64,000 bases of DNA, from contig OZ024743.1 of assembly GCA_964016885.1 (NCBI GenBank), positions 162,626,001 to 162,690,000 on the forward strand, given 5' to 3'. The notes under the pieces were generated by a model. It saw only the letters and a program-made list of their open reading frames with translations, made no database searches and had not been told where the DNA came from. How positions within the stretch are numbered: position 1 is the stretch's first letter; each line of letters opens with the position of its first letter. Source of the DNA: Eledone cirrhosa (lineage: Eukaryota). Shown piece after piece: positions 1 to 11,929 of the stretch. The position numbers were made by a program, and so were the translations under genes.

Positions 1-829
1 ATCATGATGTATATCATCTGCATATTGTCCGTACTAACCGTTGGGATATAATGTGGGGCTGTAATATAAGAATGTTTTATACATTTTATGTTCACAAGTC
101 GAAATTGTCTCAGATTTTTTATCTAAAATACATTTCTTGGCGTAAAGAATTTCCAGGGCTTCAGCAGCACAAAGATCACAAGGTATTTTATTAGTTATAG
201 GATTTAGCTTTAATTAAGATTTCCTAGTGTAACCTAAACTGGATGTTATTGTCTTTTAAACTCCAGAAATAGACAGAAAGTGAAGTCATATTCCTTCTTA
301 AAGGCTTTTGAAATGAATGAGAGTGCATGTACAAATGCTGCATGAATCTATTGGCTGTTAAACCTACGTCTGCCTTACTAGTAGTTGGTGTGTTAACCTT
401 AAATTTATAAACTATATTGCTTGATAGGCATTTCCCAGCTGGAGGATAGTAGTCCCTATTAATACAATTGCAGATAGAACCTTGCACATAACATTACTGC
501 ATCCAACTTAGCTAAATTACCTAGCTGTAGTAATATAAGCAATTGTGAATCTCTTTAAAGAAAATGGAGGTTAAACAATGGTGATGATGATGATGAAATG
601 TTTATAATAGTGTGTAGAATAATATATTAATATATTAATATAGTCGAATTGTCAGAAGTAATAAAACACTGTTTATCACTTGGCTAAAAAGATATAATAA
701 TAATATATATAGAGAAAAAGGGACAAAGAGTGAGAGAGTCATGGAGAAAATGAAGGATTTTTTTTTTATTTTCTTTACATCAATACTGTGTGAGTGAAAT
801 GGTCTATTTGTAGAAGTAGCAGGGATCAA

Positions 830-1420
830 CAAATCATTTGGTAACCTTCCTACTGAATATGAAGTCAGGAAGGCCACAAGTGCTCTATCCAATGACAAGA
901 TATCTGGATCTGGTGCCATTCTGGTGGAGATCTACAAAATTAGCTTGCACTACCTGTGCAAAATGCTGCATGTTTATTGGCAAGACAAGGTCCCAGACAC
1001 CAAAGTTCTCAGTTAGGCAGTGTTGCCCAGTATCCACAATCCTATGCAATGATCTAGTCACATATTGCCAGATGATAAACAACTTTCAAAATGTCTTTTC
1101 AACAGTTGGTAAAGGATAAGCAATAAAGGCAGAAACCTTTTAAAGGAAGAAATAGCACAAACAATACAAAGATACTCTCAAGACTTCTCTAAAAGACTTC
1201 AACATTAATCTAGCGTCACAGAAGAGCCTTGTGACTGAGAGATCCACTTGGCACAGTCTAACAACGAAAGTTGACATAGCATCAAAACAGACCAGGAGCA
1301 GACAGACTGAGTAGAATAGGAAGCTGAGATAGTCCAGAGTCACTGGCACATTAACAAAAGAAAAAGACTTGTTAGCTACTCCTGGACATATCCATGGGAC
1401 CTCCTGATCATCATTCATAT
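830..1420 (+). mobile_element. Decayed RTE/BovB-like LINE remnant
   Basis: Frameshifted pieces read PTEYEVRKATSALSNDKISGSGAILVEIYK and KQYKDTLKTSLKDFNI...ERSTW, resembling RTE ORF2 pre-RT and C-terminal segments. Confidence 0.55.
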
Positions 1421-1720
1421 CGATAGAACATGTATTTATTGACAGAGTTGTTTTTCCACCACTCAACAGTGAAATAAGGTATGGAAACAGAATTTCTTCA
1501 CTCTGGCAAACTGGAGTAAGCAGATTTCAAATCTTTGTTAAAGAGTGCAAGGGTGCGTAAATAGTATAGTTGTTAATAAAGACCTGAACTTCTCACCATA
1601 ACCATATAGTAATCCAGCACTTTAACAGTTTCACAACCATTCTATCTATTGGGAATATACCCACGTCGTGACAATCCTCTACTACAGGACAGCCTTAATG
1701 AAATGGAGAAGCAAGTTTAC

Positions 1721-1853
1721 CTGAGTAAATAATTCAAGTTTAGTAAAGTCTGGAAAAGGCTTTTTATTAACACGTGCCATATCTGTTACAATTTTCCTCA
1801 TTTCTTCGTGTTTTCCTTGAGTTAGAAGCCAACGAGGACTTTCAGCTACAAAC
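1721..1853 (-). CDS. SLC22 transporter coding exon 4 (133 bp); gene continues beyond the left edge
   Basis: Acceptor tttccag|G matches phase 2. Encodes FVAESPRWLLTQGKHEEMRKIVTDMARVNK (ESPRWL motif). Donor CAG|gtaaac. Confidence 0.92.
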
Positions 1854-2539
1854 CTGGAAAATATTGCAATTGGTGGAGATAAAGTATGTGGAAGTAAGTA
1901 CATAGTCTTTAGAAGAGAGTAGTTGGAAGAATGACAGGAGGAGTACTCTGGGTAACTAATAACAAAAGTACTTGAGGGAGAGCAGAGAGAGTGTTTGGAA
2001 GAATGTCTGACATGGCACATAGGGTAGTTCTTGGGGAATGTACTTGTGTATTGGGTGTAAATGATATAATGTATAAAGCATACACTAACAAACAAATACA
2101 TTTATATAAATGAGAATAAAGATTTACTTTTGATATCTTTATTCCTATGGCTAGTCATTATTTGTTGGTAGATTTAGTTATTTATTGTATTCTGGAAAAA
2201 TGTTGTCATAATGGTGAATCCTATATATGGTTATCATTATAGAATGCACATTACTCTAATTTTTCAATAAAGGTATTTTTCTTTTGAAAGAAAAAAAAAG
2301 AACAAAAATGGAAAACTCCAAATTTTGAGGAATACTTTTGGTGGAATCATATTCTGCAATGTTTAAAACAACTGATGCAGATAACATTTTTGAAAAGAAA
2401 AGGCAAAAATAGAAAGGTTACACTGTAGTAAAGTGGTTAGTGTTAGGGCTTGTCACTGTAGAAAGCCATGCCAAAATGGAAAATGTGTCAAATGACATAC
2501 TAATAATGCTTTCTGCAACACCAACAATTTTAGTGGGAG

Positions 2540-2715
2540 GGAAAAGTCAATTAAATTAACACCGGTATGTTATTGGTACTTTATTTTTATCAATCATGTA
2601 AGGACGAAAAGTAAAGCTAACCTCGGCAGGATTTGAATTCAGAACATAAAGGGCCATAACTATATGCTGTGAAGCATGGAGTCTAAAGCTCTACCAACAC
2701 TACCAATTCACTGCT
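2540..2715 (-). mobile_element. Degenerate tRNA-derived SINE, family 1
   Basis: Reverse complement matches the SINE at 18047-18226 (B-box-like ttcaaatcc; ataaagtacc). Confidence 0.65.
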
Positions 2716-2828
2716 CTTAAAAAGATGACATATTAATAATAGAAAGACAATACTGCCTGAATATTATATGTATCTGTGTGTGTGTATGTGCTTGTATATA
2801 CACGCACACACATATAAGAGAGAGAGAG

Positions 2829-3680
2829 AAAGTGGAATTGGAAATAGCACGGAAAATATATTTAAAGGATCTGTTTTTCTTTTTTTCTTCTTTGATCCGT
2901 CAAAGTGACATTATTGGAAAAATAGGAAGAACAATTTTTTAAAAAAAAGGAGTTTTATAATGTATATAAAATATAACCGGTTTCGATGTATCGATGTAAT
3001 CCATCTTATCAAATGTGGAATATTACAATTAAAAAGAATTAAAAATTAAGTGTTGAAGAAGGTCTGTTCATCTTTCTTGTTGAGAAGACTGGGTCTAAAA
3101 TGGAACCTTATATATATAGAGAGAAGGTTGTCATAGTAGTAGTAGTACTAGTAGTAGTAGTATTTGTTGTTGTTGTTGTTGTTGTTGTTGTAGTGGTGGT
3201 CTTTTTACAGAACAATATTATTTTTAGGGAGAGGAAACTTTTCTATATATATGTGTGTTTATCTCAATTGTGTTAAAGGACTGATCAAGAGTTCAGATGG
3301 GGGTGGCAAAGAGGGGAAAGTCCTCTAACACAATTGAGATACACACATATATACAGAAGAATTTCCTCTCCCTAAAAATAATTTTGTTCTGTGAAAAGAC
3401 ACAACTACCACCACCACTACTACTACTATGACTACTAATTTTTAATTTTTAATTCTTAATTCTTTTTAATTGTAATATTCAACATTTGATAAGATGGATT
3501 ACACCGATACATCAAAACTGGTTATATTTTATATATTTTATATACATTATAAAACTCCTTTTTTTTTTAAATTGTTCCTTTCATTTTTTCAATAATGTCA
3601 CTTTGACGGATCAAAGAAGAAAAAAAGAAAAACAGATCCTTTAAATATATTTTCCGTGCTATTTCCAATTCCACTTTTTC
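2829..3680. repeat. Fold-back inverted repeat, probably of a PLE terminal sequence
   Basis: ~2829-3050 is the reverse complement of ~3455-3680, and ~3130-3272 of ~3326-3436. Both outer arms carry a hammerhead-like motif. Confidence 0.85.
2961..3020 (-). ncRNA. Minimal type I hammerhead-like motif with U3:A8 core
   Basis: Minus strand: cacat-UUGAUAA-gaug(loop)cauc-GAAA-ccgg-UU-auau. Stem I is weak. The + copy at ~3481-3530 has lost G12. Confidence 0.6.
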
Positions 3681-3744
3681 TCTATAACCTCTGTTTTCTA
3701 TAGAACCTTACTCCCTTTTAAAATATATATATATATATATAGAC

Positions 3745-3957
3745 AGTCGATCGACTTTCGTTAAATCGGACCGAAGAAACAATATATCCATTGGTCTTTA
3801 TAATTGCTAATACTATCTATCGGTCGCAACTCCAGGTAGAAGGAGCAACGTGAAATAAAGTGTCTTGCTCAAGGACATAACACATCGCCCGGCCCGGGAA
3901 TAGAACTCACAACTCACAATTGTGAATCTAATTCTGTAACCACTCAACCACGCGCCT
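3745..3957 (-). mobile_element. tRNA-derived CORE-like SINE
   Basis: Minus strand has a tRNA-like head (gtggttgagtggtt...gagttctattccc) followed by gtccttgagcaagacactt. Confidence 0.75.
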
Positions 3958-4236
3958 ATATATATATAAAAGAAGAAATTAAAAGATGGTTAAAGAAGTT
4001 CCATATATTTTATTATGCGCATTTTGAAAACAACATCATCCTGGGACAAAAATTGTGTTCTCATCAGATAAAATAAGGTAACATGATATGAGGCCTAAAT
4101 CCACTTGTCAACAAAACCTACATATGACAGAAAATATAATAGTAAGAAAAAGATAGGAAAATAGAAAAAAAGAAAAGAAGGAGAAAAAGGAAAAATAAAG
4201 TGAGGAGAGGAAAAAAGAAAAAAGAAAAAAGAAGGA

Positions 4237-4304
<68 letters not shown>

Positions 4305-5287
4305 TTGATCAGGAATGCTGTCAAAATGAAAACAACTGTAGATAACGGTTAAAAAGTAAATTGATGAGGTGTATGTGCGAATATTATAGATGGTATTCAA
4401 ATATTAGAGGTCTAAAATATAGAAACTGGGTATATTATTTTATATTGGGTTTAAATACTAAAACTTGGATTAAGAAGTGTAAAAATGTATTAATAAAATA
4501 AAATTAAATTAAATTAAAATAAGTATAAAAAAAGATTTTTATATAAAATAAATAAAAATAAAATAAAAAAATAAAAATAGTCTATCTATGTCAAAATTAA
4601 AAATTTCTGTTAAAAATCTATATATGTGGGGTATACTATTTAATTATTATTTAATATCAACAAGTAAATAAAGGAAATTGCTAGAATGATTTATAAACGT
4701 AGAAAAAACATATGACGTCATAGTTTGTTTACAAAATCTACGAAGATTTGAGCGAAAATTTAAGGCTATCGAAAAAAGGTCAAAGGCTTAAAATATGCTG
4801 AGAAAACTAAATTAATACATTGTAGAATATAATGAAATATGTGTAAAAAAATATATTAAAAAATATATATAAATGTAAAAAGAATATATATGTAAAAAAT
4901 ATGTGTAAAAAAAAATTAACCGTTATTCGTGGAAAAAGTTATAAGACATTAGCTATATACTTTGTGAAAGGTCTTGAAGGATTTATGATTACAAAGACCG
5001 AATAAATCTGATTCTATTAATAAATCTTGATTCTATTAATAGAGATTATATGAGATAATAACCAAACTCGGTATTGAGAAAAAAACAGAACCCTTCTTCC
5101 CAAGAATCCCGAGGATTAATCTGAAGGATCATAAAAGAAATTTTCGAACTGACTTGCCTGTAAGACTAATTGCCCCTTCTAAATCTGACCTAGGGGTTGT
5201 TAGTAAATCCATCTTGGATAGAATTATCCCACAGGTTAGGTTTAAATCTCACCTAAATTTATGGTTGGGTTCAACCGATGTAATAGA

Positions 5288-6092
5288 TTTAAAGTTAACG
5301 TAATTTAAGTTCTCATTATCCTTATGATATGGGTAATATAGGCCGGTATCTAGATTAAGGGATATATCCAGGAAATTTGCTAATTTATCATTATTCTCGA
5401 ATTCAATTTTTAAGTTAAGATGCTTAAATAGATTGCGTATATTTTTCTTAATAATATTAAAGTTTACTTTGTTACAATTAGAGACAGTAAAAAGAGCATC
5501 ATCACGATAAATTCCACCGCGAAGTTGAGGAATTTTCCGATTTAAAGAGTTCAAGATGAAAATTCCACCCAAGTCGGTCAGTTGAGCTAAAACCGACGAA
5601 CCCATGGTGATGTCGAAATTGTTGGAAGTATCCGCTCTTGTCCAATATTCATGGTTAAATTCCAATATTCATTGTTAAATTGCGGTGAGAAAGATTAATT
5701 TCTTCACTAGTGATGTCCGTGTATTTTAACGCATATGAGAGAGCCTTGTTTAGGAGTGAAGGAGAAATAGAAGAGTTATAGCTAGCAATGTCTAATTGAA
5801 TAAATTTTAGTTTGTTTTTATTAATTAGGTCATTGAACCAGTCTATTACATCGGATGAACACAACCATAAATTTAGTTGAGATTTAAACCTAACCTGTGG
5901 GATAATTCTATCCAAGATGGATTTACTAACAACCCCTAGGTCAGATTTAGAAGGGGCAATTAGTCTTACAGGCAAGTCAGTTCGAAAATTTCTTTTATGA
6001 TCCTTCAGATTAATCCTCGGGATTCTTGGGAAGAAGGGTTCTGTTTTTTTCTCAATACCGAGTTTGGTTATTATCTCTATTAATAGAATCAA
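5288..6092 (-). pseudogene. PLE reverse transcriptase fragment (frameshifted)
   Basis: LKDHKRNF...VRLIAPSKSDLG...FIQLDIASYNSSI; FDITMGS...GGIYRDDAL...NFLDISLNL...YYPYHK are Penelope-type RT motifs. Confidence 0.88.
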
Positions 6093-6257
6093 GATTTATT
6101 AATAGAATCAGATTTATTTGGTCTTTGTAATCATAAATCCTTCAAGACCTTTCACAAAGTATATAGCTAATGTCCTATAACTTTTTCCACGAATAACGGT
6201 TAATTTTTTTTTACACATATTTTTTTTTCATATATATTCTTTTTACATATATATCTA

Positions 6258-6530
6258 TCCGGGAACTTCCAACAGAAATGGTCGCATTCTTTAAGGGTAT
6301 GTCAACATTTATTTATAAAACTGATCTATATTATATTTTATATGATGAAAGCGCACCATAATTTGACTTGGTGTCCTTGAAATATGTATAATGAAATAAA
6401 TATGGTTTTATAAATATAGTTTCCATTTGTTAATATATCGTATTTTTACTCCAATAATTTGTTGAGTGCTTTATATCAGTAATAAAAATATTTGCTTGTT
6501 GTATCCAAACAAATTAAATATAACTTCTAC
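6258..6530 (+). mobile_element. Short hammerhead-bearing repeat inserted in the right palindrome arm
   Basis: Absent from the left arm. Homologous to ~50540-50660 (+) and ~53625-53870 (-). Confidence 0.7.
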
Positions 6531-7095
6531 ATATATTTTTTTATATATTTTTTTACACATATTTCATTATATTCTACAATGTATTAATTTAGTTTTCTCA
6601 GTATATTTTAAGCCTTTGACCTTTTTTCGATAGCCTTAAATTTTCGCTCAAACCTTCGTAGATTTTGTAAACAAACTATGACGTCATATGTTTTTTCTAC
6701 GTTTATAAATCATTCTAGCAATTTCCTTTATTTACTTGTTGATATTAAATAATAATTAAATAGTATACCCCACATATATAGATTTTTAACAGAATTTTTT
6801 TAATTTTGACATAGATAGACTATTTTTATTTTTTTATTTTATTTTTATTTATTTTATATAAAAATCTTTTATTATACTTATTTTAATTTTATTTTATTTT
6901 ATTTTATTAATACATTTTTACACTTCTTAATCCAAGTTTTAGTATTTAAACCCAATATAAAATAATATACCCAGTTTCTATATTTTAGACCTCTAATATT
7001 TGAATACCATCTATAATATTCGCACATACACCTCATCAATTTACTTTTTAACCGTTATCTACAGCTGTTTTCATGTTGACAGCATTCCTGATCAA

Positions 7096-7166
<71 letters not shown>

Positions 7167-7340
7167 TTCTCTCTCTTCCTTCTTTTTTCTTTTTTCCTCT
7201 CCTCACTTTATTTTTCCTTTTTCTCCTTCTTTTCTTTTTTTCTATTTTCCTATCTTTTTCTTACTATTATATTGTCTGTCATATGTAGGTTTTGTACTTT
7301 CCTGTTGACAAGTGGATTTAGGCCTCATATCATGTTACCT

Positions 7341-7410
7341 TATTTTATCTGATGAGAACACAATTTTTGTCCCAGGATGATGTTGTTTTCAAAATGCACA
7401 TAATAAAATA
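7341..7410 (+). ncRNA. Type I hammerhead motif, degenerate (G12A); mirror copy at ~4006-4076 on -
   Basis: tattttat-CTGATGA-gaac...gttttc-AAAA-tgcaca-TA-ataaaata. Stem I is a perfect 8 bp. The mirror copy has a palindromic tgcgca stem III. Confidence 0.7.
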
Positions 7411-7684
7411 TATGGAACTTCTTTAACCATCTTTTAATTTCTTTTTTAATATATACTCCAGTTCTACCAACTGTTGAGTGCTACTTATCTGATATATGTT
7501 CTACAATATTACTCACTTTCTACATATATATATATATAAAGAATTAGTATATCTAGTAACATATATATACACAGATATATATAAAGAATTAGTATATCTA
7601 GTAACATATATATACACAGATGCATACTTAGTTGGGAGTGAAATTTTAGTAAGCAAGTTAATTTTATAATTTTCTTATTTTACG

Positions 7685-7691
<7 letters not shown>

Positions 7692-7771
<80 letters not shown>
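7692..7771. repeat. (TA)n microsatellite; others at ~37308-37388 and ~47265-47412, plus (GA/TC)n at ~4237-4301, 7099-7160, 17061-17102, 27459-27498
   Basis: Directly visible. Confidence 0.97.
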
Positions 7772-7775
<4 letters not shown>

Positions 7776-7779
7776 TAAT

Positions 7780-8945
7780 GCGTTGGTGTATCTCAAGCAA
7801 CATATTTGTATGTATAGTGGGTTGTGTATTTTTTTTTTTTTTTTTGTAATGTATGCAGTTCAGGGAAAGGTAAAAGAAGAGTAAGCAATAGAGAGCTGAG
7901 AGGGAGAGGCTAGAATATTATAAAATACAATAAGCAAGAAAAACTTATTTAAAAACAGTATATGTTTTGTGTGTTATTGTTCATTTAAGTGAAGGTAGAG
8001 GTGTAGAAAGATGAGTGTGTGAAAGTTAATGTTAGGATTAGTGTTAGTATAATTACTGTGAACAGTCACGTGCATACAGTCTATGAGCCTTGTTGCTGTA
8101 TTAGTATGGGTCACTTGATAGTGAGCATTTTTGGATTATAATCCTTAATCCGACTAGATTATTCCTCGTTTGGCAAATCCATTACTCATCAGAGTATGTA
8201 TATAGATGTTTTCACGAGTCCAAATCACTCTGACGGTTTAGGGTAGGTACCCACTTCCTAATAAAATGAGCCTCCATTATTCTGAGGTCAACCATATCTT
8301 TTTGCTCCGTAAGTATGTTTGTGGTTATGCTCCTTCCACATATTTCTTTGTATTGAAACATTGTGCTCAGAGGTGTTGCTTTTTGAAAATGTTATGAAAT
8401 TAACATTTTGTGGAACTGATATTGTTTGCTCTGAACACACAGTTCAACTCATACACCACATGGTCTCTGAGGCATATTGGTTTTGTATTGTTGTTGTTGT
8501 TAATTCCTGTGGTAGTGTATTCTCTGACAGGGCATCTCTGAGGCAGTAAACGACTTCTTCTTCGGTGCTCTGTGTCAGGTGTTGTCTGAATGTCCTTCCA
8601 TGCGTTGTTACTTGCACTGGGAAGCTGATCTTCTGATACAGTTTCTAAGGCAGTTCTCTGTCTGTTCTCCTTGGAATGGCAGATCAATGTAGACCCAAGT
8701 TTTATCTTTGTTTTCTGGTTTCTTTCTCTCCTTTTCTTTCTTCTTGTTGGTGTTGTTGTGTCTTTTGTCGTTATTGTTGGTCTGCGACTGGTTGTAGTTG
8801 CTATTAGGACAAAGGGTAGTCGTTGGTGTTGTCGTGTGGTGTCTGTCACTGTGTTTGTGTTCTCCTCTTATACTCTTGATGTTTCTTACAAAGCATTCCC
8901 CATAACCTCTCTTTAACAGCAGTTTCCGAAAGTTGTTTAGCACAG
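7780..8945 (-). mobile_element. 3' part of a second Penelope-like element (RT thumb, GIY-YIG end, 3' UTR)
   Basis: Minus-strand pieces NNFRKLLLKRGY..., VYIDLPFQGE..., and DLRIMEAHFIRKWVPTLNRQ. Ends at a (TA)n tract. Confidence 0.65.
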
Positions 8946-9370
8946 AAAGGCCAAGATCAGGTTCTATGAGAAAGAAGCCAAGAGGGATGTCTTTCTCCAC
9001 CCAGATTCAGCATATCCACAAAGCCTAAAACATCACATGGCCAGGAATAAATTATATATTGCACAGACTATACACCAATAGAAGAAACACAATGGGTGTA
9101 TGCTTTAATTGTTCCTGTTCATCTGACTAAACTATAAAACAATCTCTACATCACAGATGAGTGGTTATATCCTGTTGTAAACTTATATGTAAAAAGAATT
9201 GCTCCAACAAATAAATAATCTTGCCCATGCAAATATAGAAAAATGAATGTAAAATAGTGAAAATGAATCAATATGATTGATGCATGATATTCAGAAAAAA
9301 ATCAAGATGAGTTAGGGAACACAGTAGCAAAAAAGAGACATTTTTCTAGAAAGATATAGCTCCTACTTAC

Positions 9371-9560
9371 CACCATGTAAGAAGAAATGGAAAACCACAA
9401 CATGCTGATGAAATTGTTAAAATACGCCAATCCCGAATAAAATATGCCCAGAGTGAGGTCAGACATATGCCTATTGCCCAAAATCCAACACACCCAACAA
9501 TGGTTCGCCATTTTGGAACAATGAACTCCATAGGTAAAATAAAGTTGCTTATCATTACAC
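9371..9560 (-). CDS. SLC22 transporter coding exon 3 (190 bp)
   Basis: Acceptor ccacag|GT matches phase 1. Encodes ...FILPMEFIVPKWRTIVG...AYFIRDWRIL. Donor TG|gtaagt, phase 2. Confidence 0.92.
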
Positions 9561-9789
9561 CTGTGGAAATTATAAAATTTTAAAGAAAATTACCATTATT
9601 CGCAAGATTATAATTCTCATCTTTTGAAATGAACTATTTAAAAATATTTACATCTCAAAAATTTAGATTATTTAGATTATCAACATTATTGACATTGATT
9701 TTGTTTTAAATTCCTTTGAACAGTTATGAACATACATGTGTGTGTGTGGGTGCATGTGTATATATATATGTATAAACTAGCAGGTAGAT

Positions 9790-10060
9790 CCCATAATGCA
9801 TAAGGTCGCTTGGACACCACAGTCTCCATAATATGTCTAGGGATTTTCAGAGTTGTTCTTGTCAATTATCTCCAAGTTAGCTTGGATCCAGCAGTTATAT
9901 TATCAAAGTTGTTCCAGTAGTGACCGTCCCCTCTTATATTCCGACATAGTGTATTTAGAATTACACTATCCAATATATCCTTTTATTAAGGTGTGATAGG
10001 AGATAAATTTGGCTGATATATCTAGCAAGTCAAATGACCATTTCAAGGCTCCCTTATTGA
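9790..10060 (+). repeat. Interspersed SINE-like repeat; relatives near 31120-31270, 32370-32500, 62500-62690, 62860-62990
   Basis: Shared blocks such as ccagtagtgaccgtccc and tttggctgatatatctagcaagtcaaatgacc. Confidence 0.5.
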
Positions 10061-10375
10061 TGTGTGTATATATAAAATAGTTTAGATGATTTAATAACAC
10101 AACCATAAAAAAGCAAAGAATAATTCAAAACTCAAATGTGATTTTATAGTCCACAGTGAGATAAGTAAAAGACAATTCAGAGTTTAATCCATCACTAAAT
10201 TTCCAGTCACAGTAGTTTTACAATATCACACAGTATATATAAGATGAATTAAAATAACCAGGATTAAATTATTTAATTGGTTTACAAACGTTTTTATCAA
10301 CACAGTAAGAAAAATCATATTAATAGAAACGTTTGTAAATCAATAAAATAATTTAATGTAATTTAATCCTGCTTG

Positions 10376-10407
<32 letters not shown>

Positions 10408-10529
10408 CTAGCTGGCCCGTCCGGCTGGTGTCCAGCTACCATTGGCGTGTTCTACGGCATCCAGATATATATGTTTAGCTGACATACCTAGCTTTGCTTG
10501 GATAAACAGATGATAAGCCGTCTGTGTTG

Positions 10530-11396
10530 TATAGTATTGCTGTTGAAAATATATAGTATAGTATTACTGTTGAAAATATATAGTATAGTATTACTGTTGA
10601 AAATATATAGTATAGTATTACTGTTGAAAATTTATAGTATAGTATAGTATTACTGTTGAAAATATATAGTATAGTATTACTGTTGAAAATTTATAGTATA
10701 GTATAGTATTACTGTTGAAAATATATAGTATAGTACAGTATTACTGTTGAAAATTTATAGTATAGTATTACTGTTGAAAATATATAGTATAGTATTACTG
10801 TTGAAAATATATAGTATAGTACAGTATTACTGTTGAAAATATATAGTACAGTATTACTGTTGAAAATATATAGTATAATATTACTGTTAAAAACATATAG
10901 TACAGTATTACTGTTGAAAATATATAGTATAATATTACTGTTGAAAACATATAGTGTAGTATAGTATTACTTTTGAAAATATATAGTATAGTACAGTATT
11001 ACTGTCGAAAATATATAGTATAGTATTACTGTTGAAAATATATAGTACAGTATTACTGTTAAAAATATATAGTATAGTATTACTGTTGAAAGTATAGTAT
11101 TACTGTTGAAAATATATAGTACAGTATTACTGTTGAAAACATGTAGTATAGTATTACTGTTGAAAATATATAGTACAGTATTACTGTTGAAAATATATAG
11201 TATAGTATTACTGTTGAAAATATATAGTACAGTATTACTGTTGAAAATATATAGTATAGTATTACCGTTAAAAATATATAGTATAGTATTACTGTTGAAA
11301 ATATATAGTATAATATTACTGTTGAAAACATATAGTATAATATTACTGTTGAAAATATATAGTATAGTATGACTGTTGAATACATATAGTATAATA
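10530..11396. repeat. Minisatellite, ~27-bp unit (agtatagtattactgttgaaaatatat), ~30 copies
   Basis: Directly visible tandem array; one more unit lies after the SINE at ~11584-11606. Confidence 0.97.
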
Positions 11397-11580
11397 TTGT
11401 TTCTACTTTTGGCACAAGGCCAGTAATTACCCAGTGCATTACTGGTAGTTTATTTTATCGACCCCGTAAGGATGAAAGGCAAAGTTAACCTCGGCGGGAT
11501 TTGAACTCAGAATGGCAAGGGCCGTAACTATGCGTCAAAGCATGGCGTCCGACTCTCTACCGATACTGCCAATCCCCCCT
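11397..11580 (-). mobile_element. tRNA-derived SINE family 1 inserted into the minisatellite
   Basis: Reverse complement of the 18047-18226 SINE. Confidence 0.85.
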
Positions 11581-11929
11581 TCGTATAATATTACTGTTGA
11601 AAATATGTACACGAATATATAATTATCATCATCAGCATCATCATCGTTTAACGTCCATCTTCCAGACTAGCATGGGTTAGACGGGATTTCCCAATTTGAG
11701 GTAAGGTTGGTCGGGTGACCGTGTCTCGCTCGTATAGGACTATCTGGATGCCCTTCCTAACACCAACCACATTTACAGTGTGGACTGGGAACTTTTTACC
11801 GTGTTACCTATATGGCCACATTACAGTGTGGACTGTGTTTTTTTTTGTTGTGACACCTACACGATCTCGATCTCGATCTCATTATCTCATTAATTATATA
11901 TATATATAATTAATTAAAAGTTGGTTAGA

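Larger units (their letters stand above)
3968..7447 (-). mobile_element. Penelope-like element arranged as a 3.5-kb palindrome
   Basis: Arms 3968-5287 and 5842-7447 are reverse complements around a 554-bp spacer. RT is on the - strand. The arms contain the ORF end (SDLFGLCNHK) and a 3' UTR with a hammerhead motif. Confidence 0.88.

Noticed and set aside
224-487. Minus-strand ORF as a further SLC22 exon
   Set aside because: No transporter motifs or TM segment matching the expected next exon.
4095-7308. Paired SLSLSL-rich ORFs 4095..4400 and 7000..7308
   Set aside because: Translations of (TC)n and T-rich tracts in the two palindrome arms.
8060-8200. Minus-strand CTGATGA in a PLE 3' UTR
   Set aside because: Could not identify GAAA or stem III; too decayed to call.
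10530-11396. Regular array as a possible CRISPR or repeat protein (ORFs 11080..11439, 11106..11372)
   Set aside because: Head-to-tail minisatellite with no unique spacers and no cas genes, in a eukaryotic context. The ORFs are repeat artefacts.
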